NCBI GenBank assembly: GCA_021790305.1
Contig: JAJYED010000004.1
Span: 1-57,351 of the forward strand
Source of the DNA: Candidatus Micrarchaeota archaeon
GTDB taxonomy: Archaea > Micrarchaeota > Micrarchaeia > Micrarchaeales > CABMGC01
DNA length: 57,351 nucleotides
Direction: 5' to 3'
The notes below the pieces were generated by a model. That model searched no databases and had not been told where the DNA came from. It saw only the letters and a list, made by a program, of their open reading frames with translations. This document shows positions 57,229 through 57,351 of this stretch, in pieces; position 1 is the stretch's first letter; each line of letters begins with the position of its first letter. The translations under genes were made by a program, and so were the position numbers.

Positions 57229-57347
57229 GGCGGGGGGGAGATTTGAACACCCGATCTCTAGATTTCTAAGATCATAGCCGAAAGGCTCATTACTCATCAT
57301 GCTATGCATATGAGTCTAGCGCTCTAACCAGGCTGAGCTACCCCGCC
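57228..57347 (-). tRNA. tRNA-Met(CAT), probably elongator, with a 45-nt intron at 37/38 (57264-57308)
   Basis: GGCGGGG/CCCCGCC acceptor (G1-C72, not initiator), CTAGA-CT CAT AA-TCTAG after splicing; Ile2 identity not fully excluded. Confidence 0.88.
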
Positions 57348-57351
57348 TTCG

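Noticed and set aside
1-57351. CRISPR array, rRNA, integrase or reverse transcriptase
   Set aside because: No regularly spaced repeats, rRNA-like blocks or corresponding protein motifs were seen

Overview
Gene-dense archaeal chromosome segment. Archaeal-type PheS/PheT, RFC-L, PCNA, Rpp21, fibrillarin, DtdA and Trm1 are present. A T-loop tRNA intron and pilin-type LamG and Thr-rich surface proteins suggest a DPANN Micrarchaeota (ARMAN-like) organism; this assignment is inference. Most of the window is housekeeping: smc, pheST, rfcL, rpl30-rpl15, an HTH gene with grpE-dnaK-dnaJ, rtcB, lhr plus a phosphoesterase, proS, a polyprenyl synthase and an ABC exporter. It also holds five tRNAs (Glu, Leu, Gln, Trp, Met; three with introns) and one complete IS5-family element with 8-bp target duplications. 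The most unusual signals are at RNA level. (1) The tRNA-Met and tRNA-Trp introns share a 20/21-nt box C/D module, and the Met intron appears to carry a guide for its own C34. (2) A box C/D sRNA sits directly behind tRNA-Gln and matches LSU rRNA H69-H71. (3) tRNA-Leu has a 13-nt T-loop intron. (4) An unannotated ~150-nt rod-like candidate ncRNA has its own promoter. Protein-level oddities are a PAS histidine kinase with a wHTH-REC-degenerate GGDEF regulator, a cluster of a short peptide, tandem GNATs and a C39-like peptidase, and a bacterial-type rsgA inserted between duplicated sequence next to tRNA-Met. All calls come from reading motifs by eye; no searches were run.
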